Origin: Candidatus Krumholzibacteriia bacterium
GTDB lineage: Bacteria > Krumholzibacteriota > Krumholzibacteriia > WVZY01
Direction: 5' to 3'
NCBI GenBank assembly: GCA_046754105.1
Contig: JBHHVD010000014.1
Span: forward strand, 1-44,437
DNA: 44,437 nucleotides
The position numbers and the translations under genes are program-made. Below are positions 25,581 to 35,308 of the stretch, piece after piece. Numbering within the stretch: position 1 is the stretch's first letter; every line of letters starts with the position of its first letter. Under the pieces are notes generated by a model. It saw only the letters and a list, made by a program, of their open reading frames with translations, did not search any database and had not been told where the DNA came from.

Positions 25581-28199
25581 TTATGACTTGCCCATGGGAA
25601 TCCGAACCACCACCCGGGTTCCCCGGCCGTTCGCGTTTTGAATGTCCACGCCACCGCCGCACACAAGGGCCCTTTCCCGCATACCCAGTATGCCGAGCGC
25701 CCGCGGGCTGTTGATCTCGTCCTGCGAGATGCCGCGTCCGTTGTCGCCCACCGTCATGACCAGTACGGAGTTCTCGTTGTTGAGGGTCACGATTACCCTG
25801 TCCGCGGCGGAGTGCCGCGCAACGTTGGTGAGGATCTCCTGAAATATCCGAAAGACCGCCGTCGACCGTTGCGTGTCGAGCTTGTAGGTGCTATTCGTGC
25901 TGAACTCACAGGAGATTCCCGTTCGGTTTGCAAACTCCTGCGCCTGCCACTCGAGCGCCCCCACGAGGCCCAGGTCGTCGAGCACTACGGGCCGCAGCTG
26001 CGTAGATATCTTGCGCACCCTCTGAATCGTACCATCGACGTCGCTCGACATGGACTTGAGCATTTCCATTATCTCTGTTCCTTCTTCGTGGTCGCACAAC
26101 TCCGTTATCCGCCGCTGCAGCCAGGACAAGTCCATCTTCAAGCCGGTCAGCGTTTGCCCGAGATCGTCGTGAATCTCCCTGGCGATGTTGGTGCTCTCCT
26201 CTTCCCTCACTGTTTGCAGCCGCGTGGCCAGCGCCCGCAGCCTTTCGTGTGATTCTTTGATATCCTCTTCTGCGCGCTTTCGTTCGGTGACGTCTCGCAC
26301 GATACCCTGGATCACCTGGCGGTCCGCGATTTGCACGATGCTGCCCGACACCTCACCGAGAAACACGTCTCCGTTTTTTTTCTTCAGCCCGGCTTCGAAG
26401 CGGACGAAACCCTCGCGGATCAAACTATCGAACTTTGACCGCAGGTACGGCAGCGACTCGGGCGCCGTCAGGTCCTTGATCTTGAGCTCCAACATTTCCG
26501 CCTTCTTGTATCCCAGCTGTTCGAGCGCTTTCTCGTTGACGTCGATGATTCCACCGTCGAAATCGTAGACGATCACCCCGTCGTTCGAATGATGAAACAG
26601 CTTGCTGTACCGCTCCTCGCTCCTTCTCAGGTAGTCACCCGCCCGCAGCCGCTCGGAGATATCCAGCGCGATGCCGATACACCCGACCGTCTCCCCGTTC
26701 TCATCCTTCAAGGGCTCGGTGTGCGACTCGAACACGGCCCCTCCCCAGTTCGACTTGTAGGTCACCGATTCGCCGCGCAGGGCTTTCCTGTGCATGGCGA
26801 TGGGAATAAAATCCGGATCGTCCGTCTCGAAGAACTCGTAGAGCGTCGCTCCGACGGCTTCGTTGGTTTTCAAACCCAGCGCCCTCAGGCCGGCGCCGGT
26901 GCTGGAGGTGAATCGAAGATCCCTGTCCGTCGTCCACATGACCGCGGGGATCTGCTCGACCATAATACGCAAACGCGCGTCCCGTTCCCGCAACGCCTCC
27001 TCGGTCCGTTTGCGGTCCGTGATATCACGTGTTATCCCCTGGTTGAAGCTCCGCCCGCCCACTACTATCTGCCTCCCCCGTAACTCCACCGCCGTCGTCT
27101 TACCATCCGGCTTTTCGAACACCTGCTCGACCGCACCAAACGATCCGTCCTTGCGGAGCTTCGCAAATAGCGCCTCGGCGCGTCCAACCTGGTAAGATGG
27201 CCTGAGCTCCCATACTTTCGTCTTCTTGAGCTCCTCGAGGCTGCGCCCGGTTTGCTTTTCGAACTCCGGATTGCAATCGACCACGGTGCCGTCGTCCCCG
27301 ACCAGAACGATGCCGTCGCGGGCCTCGCTGAATATACCGCGGTATTTCTCCTCGGATTCCTGGAGAGCGGTCAGCGTCTGCTTGCGGCGTGTGATATCCC
27401 TGAGAAACGCGGTAAACACCGGCTGGTGGTCCTTCCACACGCACGTCACGGCCAATTCCACGGGAAATTCCGTGCCGTCGGCGCGCAGGCCGGTGGTTTC
27501 GAACCGGCGGCCGAGGGTCTTGGGCTCACGGGTCTCGCAATAACGGGCCAGGCTGTGCCGGTGGCGGTCGCGCAGCCGCTCGGGGATAATGACGTCGGTG
27601 AGTTTGCGCCCGACGACGTCGGCCTTCGCATAGCCGAACGTCTCTTCCGCCGCGGGGTTGAACTCCAAAACGCGGTCCTCATGATCTATGGAAATGATAC
27701 TGTCCAGCGCGGATTCGAGAATGGCGTCCGTCCTCGCCCGGCTCTCCCGCAACTTGTCCTTGACCTTTTCCCGCTTCGTGACGTCCCGGGTAACGGACGC
27801 CGTGAACTTCTCCCCATCGATGGTTACGATCCGGCTTCGGAACTCGATGCGCCTGACTTCCCCGTCCGGTCTTTCGAAGTCGAGCTCTGAGGACCCCCCG
27901 AATCCCTTCTTCCGGATCTCACCAAATTTCGCCCGGGCCGTCTCGCGCTGGCCGGCGGGCCGCAGGTCCCATATGTTCAACCGCTGCAACTGGGCGCAAG
28001 ACCTTCCGGTTTGACGTTCGAATTCGGGATTGCAGTCGACGATCCTCCCCGTGTCCGACTGAATCAGGACGATACCGTCCCCCACTTCGTCGAAAATCAC
28101 GCGGTATTTTTCTTCGGATCCGGGGTGTGGCCGCCTGGAGTGGAGACGAGGTTCGTCTTCGGGGTTTCCGCGCGCCGGATCTTTTATGGGTTCTTGCAC
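25581..28199 (-). CDS. Soluble multi-PAS sensor histidine kinase (HisKA_3)
   Basis: Five PAS/PAC units; IAREIHDDLGQ, QEILTNVARH, DNGRG and LGILGMRER; no TM segment. Confidence 0.92.
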   Translation of the reverse strand: MQEPIKDPARGNPEDEPRLHSRRPHPGSEEKYRVIFDEVGDGIVLIQSDTGRIVDCNPEFERQTGRSCAQLQRLNIWDLRPAGQRETARAKFGEIRKKGFGGSSELDFERPDGEVRRIEFRSRIVTIDGEKFTASVTRDVTKREKVKDKLRESRARTDAILESALDSIISIDHEDRVLEFNPAAEETFGYAKADVVGRKLTDVIIPERLRDRHRHSLARYCETREPKTLGRRFETTGLRADGTEFPVELAVTCVWKDHQPVFTAFLRDITRRKQTLTALQESEEKYRGIFSEARDGIVLVGDDGTVVDCNPEFEKQTGRSLEELKKTKVWELRPSYQVGRAEALFAKLRKDGSFGAVEQVFEKPDGKTTAVELRGRQIVVGGRSFNQGITRDITDRKRTEEALRERDARLRIMVEQIPAVMWTTDRDLRFTSSTGAGLRALGLKTNEAVGATLYEFFETDDPDFIPIAMHRKALRGESVTYKSNWGGAVFESHTEPLKDENGETVGCIGIALDISERLRAGDYLRRSEERYSKLFHHSNDGVIVYDFDGGIIDVNEKALEQLGYKKAEMLELKIKDLTAPESLPYLRSKFDSLIREGFVRFEAGLKKKNGDVFLGEVSGSIVQIADRQVIQGIVRDVTERKRAEEDIKESHERLRALATRLQTVREEESTNIAREIHDDLGQTLTGLKMDLSWLQRRITELCDHEEGTEIMEMLKSMSSDVDGTIQRVRKISTQLRPVVLDDLGLVGALEWQAQEFANRTGISCEFSTNSTYKLDTQRSTAVFRIFQEILTNVARHSAADRVIVTLNNENSVLVMTVGDNGRGISQDEINSPRALGILGMRERALVCGGGVDIQNANGRGTRVVVRIPMGKS

Positions 28200-28365
28200 C
28201 GCTGAAACTCACTTTCTTTCGGGCGCGCGAGGTGACGAGCTCGGCGTCCCGAAAGCGGTCTGGACCGCCAGGGACCGCCTTCCGCGGATGTCACGGTTCC
28301 AGGTGGGCGAACGAACGTCAGGAGAAGAAACAGGTGGCACCGCCGCAGCGGACTAGACGTATATT

Positions 28366-28395
28366 AGTATACACTTATCACCAGGAGAAAGTCAA
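28366..28395 (-). promoter_or_regulatory. sigma70-like promoter of the two-component operon
   Basis: TTGACT(28395)-N18-TATACT(28371). Confidence 0.5.
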
Positions 28396-28430
28396 GCCGT
28401 GGAATGGGTTAGCCCACGAGCGCCGTACGG

Positions 28431-31349
28431 CTATTTCCGCGCCTCCGGGATCACGGTCAGCGTGACGCGCGCCGATCCCCGCAGCACCACAACGACCACG
28501 GGCTGGCCGATCTTCACGGCGTCCAGGGCGTAGGTATAGTCATAGATGTTGGCGATCTTCTGCCCGCCGAATTCCACGATGATGTCGCCGCCCCTGAGCC
28601 CCGCCACATCGGCGGGTCCGCCGTCCCGCACGCCGGAGAGCTTGACCCCCTCGACGTCATCACTGGCGTAGTCCGGGATCGTCCCCAGGTACGCCCGCAG
28701 CGACCCCCTGCCGCCCGTCTGCTCCCGGCTCCGCTCGACTTTCGCATAGTCCGGCCGGCGGGTGCCGGACACCAGGTCCATGCACAGGTCGTACGCAAAG
28801 CGGGCGACCCGCTCCATACCATCGTAATTCAAGGTCGCGGCATCGTCCGAGGGCCGGTTGTAATCCTCGTGGCTGCCGGTAAAGAAGCTCAGAATCGGTA
28901 TCTGTTCCGGGTAGAACGCCGTTACGTCGGTGGGCAGGTACGGGTCCTCCTGCAGGACGAGATCGAAACCCGCGGCGACGTTGCGTCGTTCGACGGCCGG
29001 TCTCCAGGATTTGGACGAGCCGACGCCCTGCAGCGTGAGCTTGTTGTCGCGCAGGCGGCCGACCATGTCGAAATTGATATAAGCGGCGATGTCCCGGAGG
29101 GCGACGGGCGGATGATCGACGAAGAACGAAGATCCGATGACTCCCAGTTCCTCACCGGACCACAGCGCAAAAATCATACCCCGCTTGAATTCCTTCGGAC
29201 GGGCCCGTCGTGCCTCGACGAGGGCCGCTGCCAGCTCGAGCACGGTGGCCGTGCCGGACGCGTTGTCATCGGCACCGTTGTGTACCATGCCCTCTTCTCC
29301 CTTTCCCGCAAGCGACCCGATCTTGCCGCGCCCGATATGGTCGTAGTGGGCGCCGATCGCGATATAGGCCCGGTCCCGCCTCCCCCTGCGAGGTGCCGGC
29401 AGCAGGCCGACCACGTTGTTGCCGGATTTTTTCTTTTTCTCCAGCGAGGCGGTCACGCTCACCCGTGTGTTCGGGACGGCGAACGTGCCTTCGAAGTGCG
29501 GGTTTTCGACGTCCAGGCCCGATTGGACCTCCTGCAGGGTCTTGCCGGCAGCGGCAAGGATCGTCCCGGCCGTGCGGCCGCTGACCGACGCGGTCACGAT
29601 GCGGGAGTCCGCGAGGCTCTGATCGAATCTTATCGGAATCAGTTCACCTGCGTTTGGCGAATTCGGCCCGCTGACCACCAGCAGCGCCCTGGCCCCTCGT
29701 TCCCGCGCCAGCATCGCCTTGTACCGCAAACCCGAGTAGTGGTTGAGCTCCTGGCGGCGCTCCATGTCCACGTCCTCCGGCACGTAACGCAAGACGAGGA
29801 CGATCTTGTCCTTCACATCGAGCCCGGCGTAGGAATCGTAGCCGCCTTTTCCCTCGCCGGGGACCGACAAGCCGTACCCCGCGAACACGACCTCTCCCTC
29901 GACGGTCTCGTTCGAGGAGAACGCCAGCGGTCGAAAGTCCCTGTCGAGTTCGAACGACGTCTTCGTTCCCCCCGTGGAGACCGCGAGCCGGTTGCCGCCC
30001 GGGATGACCTTGACACCCGACGTAAAGGGGAATTCCTGCAGGTAGCCGCCGTCATCGCCCAGCGGCTCCAGGTCGAGTTCCTTGAACCGTTCCACGATGT
30101 AGGCCGCCGCCAGCCGGGTGCCTTTCGAGCCCGTCAACCGGCCCTCCAACTCGTCGGAGGCGAGGTATTCGACGTCCGACCGCATATCGACCGCCGCCAG
30201 CGCCGGCGAAGGTCCGCCAGCGCGCGTGGCTTGGGCCGGTGCGGGCGACCTCTCGAGCCCCAGGGCGTCCATGGCCGTCTCGTGGTCCCAATCGGCCACG
30301 TAGAGCTGCGACTCGCCGGTGGCCGTCCGGTTGGATGTCCAGGAAACACGCTTTCCGTCCGGCGAAAACACGGGCAGGCCGTCGAAGCCGTCGGTCCACG
30401 TGACCCGGACTGGCTCACGTGCCCCCCGCGCGTCCACCATGTAGAGCTCGAAATTCGAAAAGCCCAGCTTGTTGGTCGTGAAAATGATGTAACGGCCCGA
30501 CGGATGATAGAACGGCGCCCAACACATCGACTCGAAATCCGTGACCCGAACGCGGTCGGACCCGTCGGCTCGCATCGTATAGATATCAGCCAGCGCGCCG
30601 CTCTCGTCGAAATGCCGCCACACGATGCGCTCGCCGTCGGGGCTGAAGAACGGTCCGCCGTCGTAGCCGGGCCAGTCGGTCAACCGCCGTGGGTCGCCGC
30701 CGTCGGCGTCCATGACGTAGATTTCCCCGAAATACGAGGCGTCGACGTCCATGCGTTTTCGCTCGTCCGGCGACAACGCCTCCAGCGGGTACGCGTCGCG
30801 CATCGAGCAAAAAACGATACGCCCGCCGTCGGGCGAATACGAACCTTCCGCGTCGTAACCGGCTGTGCGCGTCAGCTGTTCGAGGCGACGACCGTCGAGC
30901 CGCGCGGAAAACAGATCGAAAGCAGGATCGTAGTCGAAAGAATAACGTCGCTTCTTGCCCGAAGCCCTGAAATCGAGCTCCGCCCGCTGTTTCGACTTCG
31001 CTTCCGGGTCGCGGTGTGTCGACGCGAACATCACCCGCTTGCCGCCGGGCTTGAAAAAAGCGCACGTCGTCTTGCCGCTACCCGGTGAAACCCTGTGAGT
31101 ATCGCCCGTTTCGAGGTTCAGCACGTAGATTTGATAAAAGGGATTCCCCGCCTCCCGCTCATCCTGAAAAATCAACCGCTTCCCGTCGGGAGAAAAATAT
31201 CCTTCCCCCGCCCGCTTACCCTGGTAGGTCAGGGCACGCGCGTTCTTCATGAATTTCTGTTCGCCGCCGGTCGCTTCCTTGTCCCCAGCCAGTGCCGTCT
31301 GTGCGATCAGAAAAACCAGCAGTGTCACGATGGCGCCCGGACGTTTCAT
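28431..31349 (-). CDS. Secreted M28 peptidase with TolB-like PD40 propeller, PA and PDZ domains
   Basis: Signal peptide from ATG 31349; FSPDG repeats; AHYDH, GADDNASG, SGEELG and NFDMVG; C-terminal PDZ. Confidence 0.9.
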   Translation of the reverse strand: MKRPGAIVTLLVFLIAQTALAGDKEATGGEQKFMKNARALTYQGKRAGEGYFSPDGKRLIFQDEREAGNPFYQIYVLNLETGDTHRVSPGSGKTTCAFFKPGGKRVMFASTHRDPEAKSKQRAELDFRASGKKRRYSFDYDPAFDLFSARLDGRRLEQLTRTAGYDAEGSYSPDGGRIVFCSMRDAYPLEALSPDERKRMDVDASYFGEIYVMDADGGDPRRLTDWPGYDGGPFFSPDGERIVWRHFDESGALADIYTMRADGSDRVRVTDFESMCWAPFYHPSGRYIIFTTNKLGFSNFELYMVDARGAREPVRVTWTDGFDGLPVFSPDGKRVSWTSNRTATGESQLYVADWDHETAMDALGLERSPAPAQATRAGGPSPALAAVDMRSDVEYLASDELEGRLTGSKGTRLAAAYIVERFKELDLEPLGDDGGYLQEFPFTSGVKVIPGGNRLAVSTGGTKTSFELDRDFRPLAFSSNETVEGEVVFAGYGLSVPGEGKGGYDSYAGLDVKDKIVLVLRYVPEDVDMERRQELNHYSGLRYKAMLARERGARALLVVSGPNSPNAGELIPIRFDQSLADSRIVTASVSGRTAGTILAAAGKTLQEVQSGLDVENPHFEGTFAVPNTRVSVTASLEKKKKSGNNVVGLLPAPRRGRRDRAYIAIGAHYDHIGRGKIGSLAGKGEEGMVHNGADDNASGTATVLELAAALVEARRARPKEFKRGMIFALWSGEELGVIGSSFFVDHPPVALRDIAAYINFDMVGRLRDNKLTLQGVGSSKSWRPAVERRNVAAGFDLVLQEDPYLPTDVTAFYPEQIPILSFFTGSHEDYNRPSDDAATLNYDGMERVARFAYDLCMDLVSGTRRPDYAKVERSREQTGGRGSLRAYLGTIPDYASDDVEGVKLSGVRDGGPADVAGLRGGDIIVEFGGQKIANIYDYTYALDAVKIGQPVVVVVLRGSARVTLTVIPEARK

Positions 31350-31351
31350 TT

Positions 31352-32095
31352 TCAATTGCCGTCTTCCCTGCCCCGCTTCGCCCAACCTTTCAACTCCTTC
31401 GCTATCTTCGCCGACACCGCCTCCAGCGGCTGGTCTCCCTCGACGATCACGAGAAGTCCGTTGTCGCGATAGTACTCGACGATCGGGTCGATCCGTCCCC
31501 GGTAAGCGGCCACGCGTTTCCTGATGTCTTTCTCGTTGCCGTTCGCCTTCTCGAGCATGCGGGCGACGAGCGTTTCGTCCGGCACCACGACATGGACGGC
31601 CGTCACCCGGCCCTTGCCCTGCTCTTCGAGTATCACCGCGAGCCCCTTCGCCTGCGACAGCGTGTGGGGAAAGTCTTCCAGAACGACACCCTTGTCGCAA
31701 TCGTGGAGGGAGAGCCGGCGTCCAAGCAGTTTGAGCACCACCTCGTCACTCACCGGTACTCCGCGTTTCAGCGCGCCCGAGATGCGATTACCGAAACCCG
31801 TCTGGTCGGCCATCTCGCTACGCATCATGCGGTTTATCGAGAGGTGGGGTACCAACCCCTTGGGATCGATCGCGCCGACCAGGGCCGTTCTCTCCACACC
31901 CGGCGCCCCCAGTACGACCAGCCACGGCGACGGCTTGCCGGCGGCGCGTGAGTCCGCACCCGTCAGGGCGGCCGCCGGTGCCGTGCGAGCGGCGTGGCCC
32001 GCGGGCAGGACAATGACCGCGACGAATGCTACAGCCGCCGCACCGATGATCGCTCGCCGTTTCAAATACGCTGCGCTCGTGTTGTGTCTACTCAT
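31352..32095 (-). CDS. Adenylate-kinase-like protein with an N-terminal signal/TM segment and a degenerate active site
   Basis: VVLGAPGVERT, HLS..MMR, GVPVSDEVV, GVVLEDFPHTLSQA, IRKRVAAY and PIVEYY follow the ADK motif order. ATG at 32095. Confidence 0.75.
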   Translation of the reverse strand: MSRHNTSAAYLKRRAIIGAAAVAFVAVIVLPAGHAARTAPAAALTGADSRAAGKPSPWLVVLGAPGVERTALVGAIDPKGLVPHLSINRMMRSEMADQTGFGNRISGALKRGVPVSDEVVLKLLGRRLSLHDCDKGVVLEDFPHTLSQAKGLAVILEEQGKGRVTAVHVVVPDETLVARMLEKANGNEKDIRKRVAAYRGRIDPIVEYYRDNGLLVIVEGDQPLEAVSAKIAKELKGWAKRGREDGN

Positions 32096-32726
32096 CCTTA
32101 TCAAACTCCACCTTCCAGTGTGTGCCGTCGCAAAACGGCTTGTTCTTCGAGCCCCCGCACCGGCACAACGTAAAATGTTCCCTCGATGCGCCGTCGCCGA
32201 AGGTCTCGCCGAGCAACTCTATTCCCCCCTGCATCGCATAAGGACCGTTCTTGGCCACGAAAACCACAGGGCCACGATCCTTATCTCGTTTTTCCGCTTC
32301 CTCGATCGAATAACTCAGCGCTCCGGACGGGCAGCGTTTGACCTGTGCGATCACGTCCTCCACCACCGCCCCGTCAGGATCGATCCACGGTTCGGTCCCC
32401 AACTTGAAAACGGCACTCAGGTTGTCCGTACAGAACCCGGCGTGCGCACAAATGCCGCGGTTATCGTGCACCGTGACCTGTTTTCCCCTGTACTCGTCGC
32501 GCTTGTTGGCCGTGCCGTCGGTCACCTTGCCGGTGGAAAAATCGAACGTCTTGTGCGTGCCGTCGCAGAACGGCTTGGTACTCGACCGGCCGCAGCGGCA
32601 GAGAGCTATCGATGGTTTGGTCGGGATATCCTCGCCCTTGGCGTTTTTCAAGTGTTCGAGCCCCTTGACGACGTATGGGCCGCCGGGTCGCGCTTCGACT
32701 GTGGGTCTTTCGGTCTTCTCTGGCAA
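32088..32726 (-). CDS. CDGSH iron-sulfur protein (two CDGSH motifs flanking a divergent 4Fe-4S/Fer4_19-like domain)
   Basis: CRCGRSSTKPFCDGTH, CAHAGFC...CPSGAL and CRCGGSKNKPFCDGTH. TTG at 32726 after AGGAGG. Confidence 0.9.
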   Translation of the reverse strand: MPEKTERPTVEARPGGPYVVKGLEHLKNAKGEDIPTKPSIALCRCGRSSTKPFCDGTHKTFDFSTGKVTDGTANKRDEYRGKQVTVHDNRGICAHAGFCTDNLSAVFKLGTEPWIDPDGAVVEDVIAQVKRCPSGALSYSIEEAEKRDKDRGPVVFVAKNGPYAMQGGIELLGETFGDGASREHFTLCRCGGSKNKPFCDGTHWKVEFDKDE

Positions 32727-32832
32727 AGCAGGCCTCCTTACGGGTCGACTCGCGTTGGGCACTCGTCGACCCCCATTTTCCTTGTTGGGGTTCACGGGAT
32801 CCGGGTTGCCGCCGGCACGCTCGGGCGCTGTA

Positions 32833-32841
32833 AGTATAGCA
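32833..32841 (-). promoter_or_regulatory. Extended -10 element upstream of the CDGSH gene
   Basis: TGcTATACT on the minus strand. Confidence 0.45.
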
Positions 32842-32858
32842 CCTCAACGGGGTTCGAA

Positions 32859-34787
32859 TCAATTCTCCGCGTCGTCTTCCGCGGGCAACACCAGGGTAAA
32901 GGTGCTGCCGCTTCCGATACGGCTGGTGACCTCGATGTCTCCGCCGTGTTTTTTCATGATGTTGTAGGAGCTGAATAAGCCCAGACCGGCCTTGGCCCTC
33001 GCCCCGCGCCTGGAAATGGCCGGCTCGAACAGCTTTTCTACCTGCTCGCCGGGCATACCGACGCCGGTGTCCGAGAACGCTACGTGCGCCTTTCCCTCTT
33101 TCATGTACGTCTGTATGGTAATGGTGCCCGCCCCATCGATAGCCTGCGCCGCGTTGGTGAGCAGGTTGATGAAAACCTGGTTCAGCTCGCCGGGGTTCGA
33201 GCGCACGTGCTTGAGACTGCCGTACTTCTTGACCAGCTCGATGCGGTTTTCGAGATCATGTTTCATCAGGGTCAACGTGTTATCGATACCTTCGTGAAGA
33301 TCCGTGTACTGCAACGCCGCCCTGTCCAGCTGCACGAAGCTTTTCAGGCTGTTCACGATCCTCGTGATGCGTTCGCTGGCCTCGACCGTGACGGAATTAT
33401 CGCTTGCCAGCATGGCGAGCGTCTCCCGAAGTCTGCCGTTACCCGGCGGATCCGAGAGCGCCCCGTTGTTTTCGATTGTCTCGACGATGCGGCCGATTCG
33501 ACGGGCAGACGTGTCGACCGCGCTGTTTATCGCTCCCAGCGGCGAGTTTAGTTCGTGCACCACGCCAGCCACCAGCTTGCCGAGCGCGGCCATCTTCTCC
33601 GATTGCACGAGTTGGGCCTCGGTGTCACGCAGCTCGCGGAGCAGTGAGCGGAGTTGCTCATTTTTTTGTTTGAGCTCCACGTTTCGCAAGCGAGAAATCT
33701 CCGCTTCCTTCTGGGATTGCTCGGTTTCGAGGGCGATCTCGAGATTCTTGATACGCGAGTTGGCCTGGTCGCCCGCAACCTCTTCCTTGACCTGCTGGTA
33801 TATCTTGTAATGCTGCAGCGCGTAGGCGTAATCGCCGTTGAGGGCGTGGGCTTCCGACAGCGAGAGGTTCGCCTGGTAGATCCGCGGCTTGGCCTTTATT
33901 TCCATCGCGATTGTCAACGCGCGATGAAGAACCCCGAACGCCTTCTCGACTTCTTTTTTTTCGATATATAGATTGCCCAGATTGATCAGGCTGGTGCTCC
34001 TCGCCTGCTTGTTGCCCACCTCTTCCCGCAGCTCCAGGCTGCGCGAAAAAAGCTCCAGCGCCTTGTCGTACTCGCCAACATGCTGGTGGATCAAGCCGAG
34101 ATCGTTGAGCGCTCGCGCCTCTCCGAGCTTGTTTCGAGCTCCCCTGAAAAGCTCGAGGCTCTGCTCCTGGTACGCGCGGGCCTTCTCGTACTGCTCCATG
34201 CTCTGGTAGACGGAGCCGATGTCGTTCAGTGCCCTCGCCTTGCCGACCGTCAGCTTCAGGTCATCGAGAATCTCGAGGCTCTCTCGCTGCAACTGAAGTG
34301 CCCGCTCGTAGTCCCCCATGTCGTGATAGATGCCGCCGATGCCGTTCAGGGACCAGCCCTCGAAAGCGCGGTTACCGGTCGTGCGGCTCAGCTTGAGTCC
34401 TTCGTAGGCGTTTGCCAGGGCGCGGTCGTAGTCCCCGAGGCTGCGGTGCACCATCGACAAGACGAACGACGCAGCGGACCGGCCCTCTATATCACCGAGT
34501 TCCTCGAACAGGGCCGTTGCTTCCAGCGCCCTGGCCAGCGCCGACTCGTGGTTCGAGAACAAGTAATGGGCAAAGCCCAGATTGGCGAGCGCCATCGCTT
34601 CGCCCTTCGCGTAGGTCAGCTCGCGCGCCATCTGTAAAGTGTAGGCGCTCGTATCGAGAGATTTCTGCGGATAATCGACCGCACACTCCCGGGCCAGTTC
34701 GTTGAGCGCGTCCACCTTCTCCGGCGTGCCATCCGGCGCCCGCGCGGCGCGTGCCTCGAGCTCCTCGATCTTGTGCCGGTCACTCAT
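32859..34787 (-). CDS. Soluble TPR-repeat sensor histidine kinase
   Basis: TPR repeats ([18 protein letters not shown]); [27 protein letters not shown] and GLGL. ATG at 34787. Confidence 0.88.
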   Translation of the reverse strand: MSDRHKIEELEARAARAPDGTPEKVDALNELARECAVDYPQKSLDTSAYTLQMARELTYAKGEAMALANLGFAHYLFSNHESALARALEATALFEELGDIEGRSAASFVLSMVHRSLGDYDRALANAYEGLKLSRTTGNRAFEGWSLNGIGGIYHDMGDYERALQLQRESLEILDDLKLTVGKARALNDIGSVYQSMEQYEKARAYQEQSLELFRGARNKLGEARALNDLGLIHQHVGEYDKALELFSRSLELREEVGNKQARSTSLINLGNLYIEKKEVEKAFGVLHRALTIAMEIKAKPRIYQANLSLSEAHALNGDYAYALQHYKIYQQVKEEVAGDQANSRIKNLEIALETEQSQKEAEISRLRNVELKQKNEQLRSLLRELRDTEAQLVQSEKMAALGKLVAGVVHELNSPLGAINSAVDTSARRIGRIVETIENNGALSDPPGNGRLRETLAMLASDNSVTVEASERITRIVNSLKSFVQLDRAALQYTDLHEGIDNTLTLMKHDLENRIELVKKYGSLKHVRSNPGELNQVFINLLTNAAQAIDGAGTITIQTYMKEGKAHVAFSDTGVGMPGEQVEKLFEPAISRRGARAKAGLGLFSSYNIMKKHGGDIEVTSRIGSGSTFTLVLPAEDDAEN

Positions 34788-35190
34788 CTGCGGTCTTTCT
34801 TTTCGCGAAGCGCAGCGCCGCCGAATTGATACAGTAGCGACGCCCCGTCGGCTGCGGCCCGTCCTCGAATACATGGCCCAGGTGGGCGTCGCAGCGGCTG
34901 CAGGTTACTTCGGTTCGCACCATGCCGAGACTGGCGTCCGGCGTCTCACCGATCCGCCCTCCGTCCACCGGTGCCGAAAAACTCGGCCACCCGGACCCGG
35001 AGTCGTACTTGGCGCCCGAATCGAACAACTCCTCTCCACAGCATACACAGTAAAACGAGCCTTGTTCCTTGAACTCGTTGTACTCGCCGGAGAACGCCGG
35101 TTCGGTGCCCTTCTCACGGGTAACCCGGTATTGCTCGGGTGTCAGCCGGCTCCGCCATTCGCCGTTCATTTTCTTGCCCTTATCCGACAC
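34780..35190 (-). CDS. msrB: Peptide-methionine (R)-S-oxide reductase, cytoplasmic
   Basis: [31 protein letters not shown] and RYCINS. GTG at 35190 after GGAGGA. Confidence 0.95.
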   Translation of the reverse strand: MSDKGKKMNGEWRSRLTPEQYRVTREKGTEPAFSGEYNEFKEQGSFYCVCCGEELFDSGAKYDSGSGWPSFSAPVDGGRIGETPDASLGMVRTEVTCSRCDAHLGHVFEDGPQPTGRRYCINSAALRFAKRKTADE

Positions 35191-35211
35191 GGTTCCTCCT
35201 TCCGGGACGTC

Positions 35212-35220
35212 ATTATAGCA
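35212..35220 (-). promoter_or_regulatory. Extended -10 promoter for msrB and the TPR kinase
   Basis: TGcTATAAT about 22 nt upstream of the GTG. Confidence 0.55.
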
Positions 35221-35308
35221 CATTCGCGGCGCAACAGACGGGCCCCTGTGGTGGGGAGTTACGAGCCTCGTACGCCCGCATCCGCGCCGTCGCTATCCGT
35301 CCGCCGGG

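Noticed and set aside
28869..31088. Long antisense ORFs (for example 739 aa here, 9541-11163, 14465-16084, 6098-7783, 39577-41022)
   Set aside because: These are shadow frames of real GC-rich genes, Arg/Pro-rich and without motifs.
32849..32862. GGTTCGAATC tRNA T-arm-like sequence
   Set aside because: No acceptor stem or cloverleaf; it overlaps the kinase stop codon and the promoter region.
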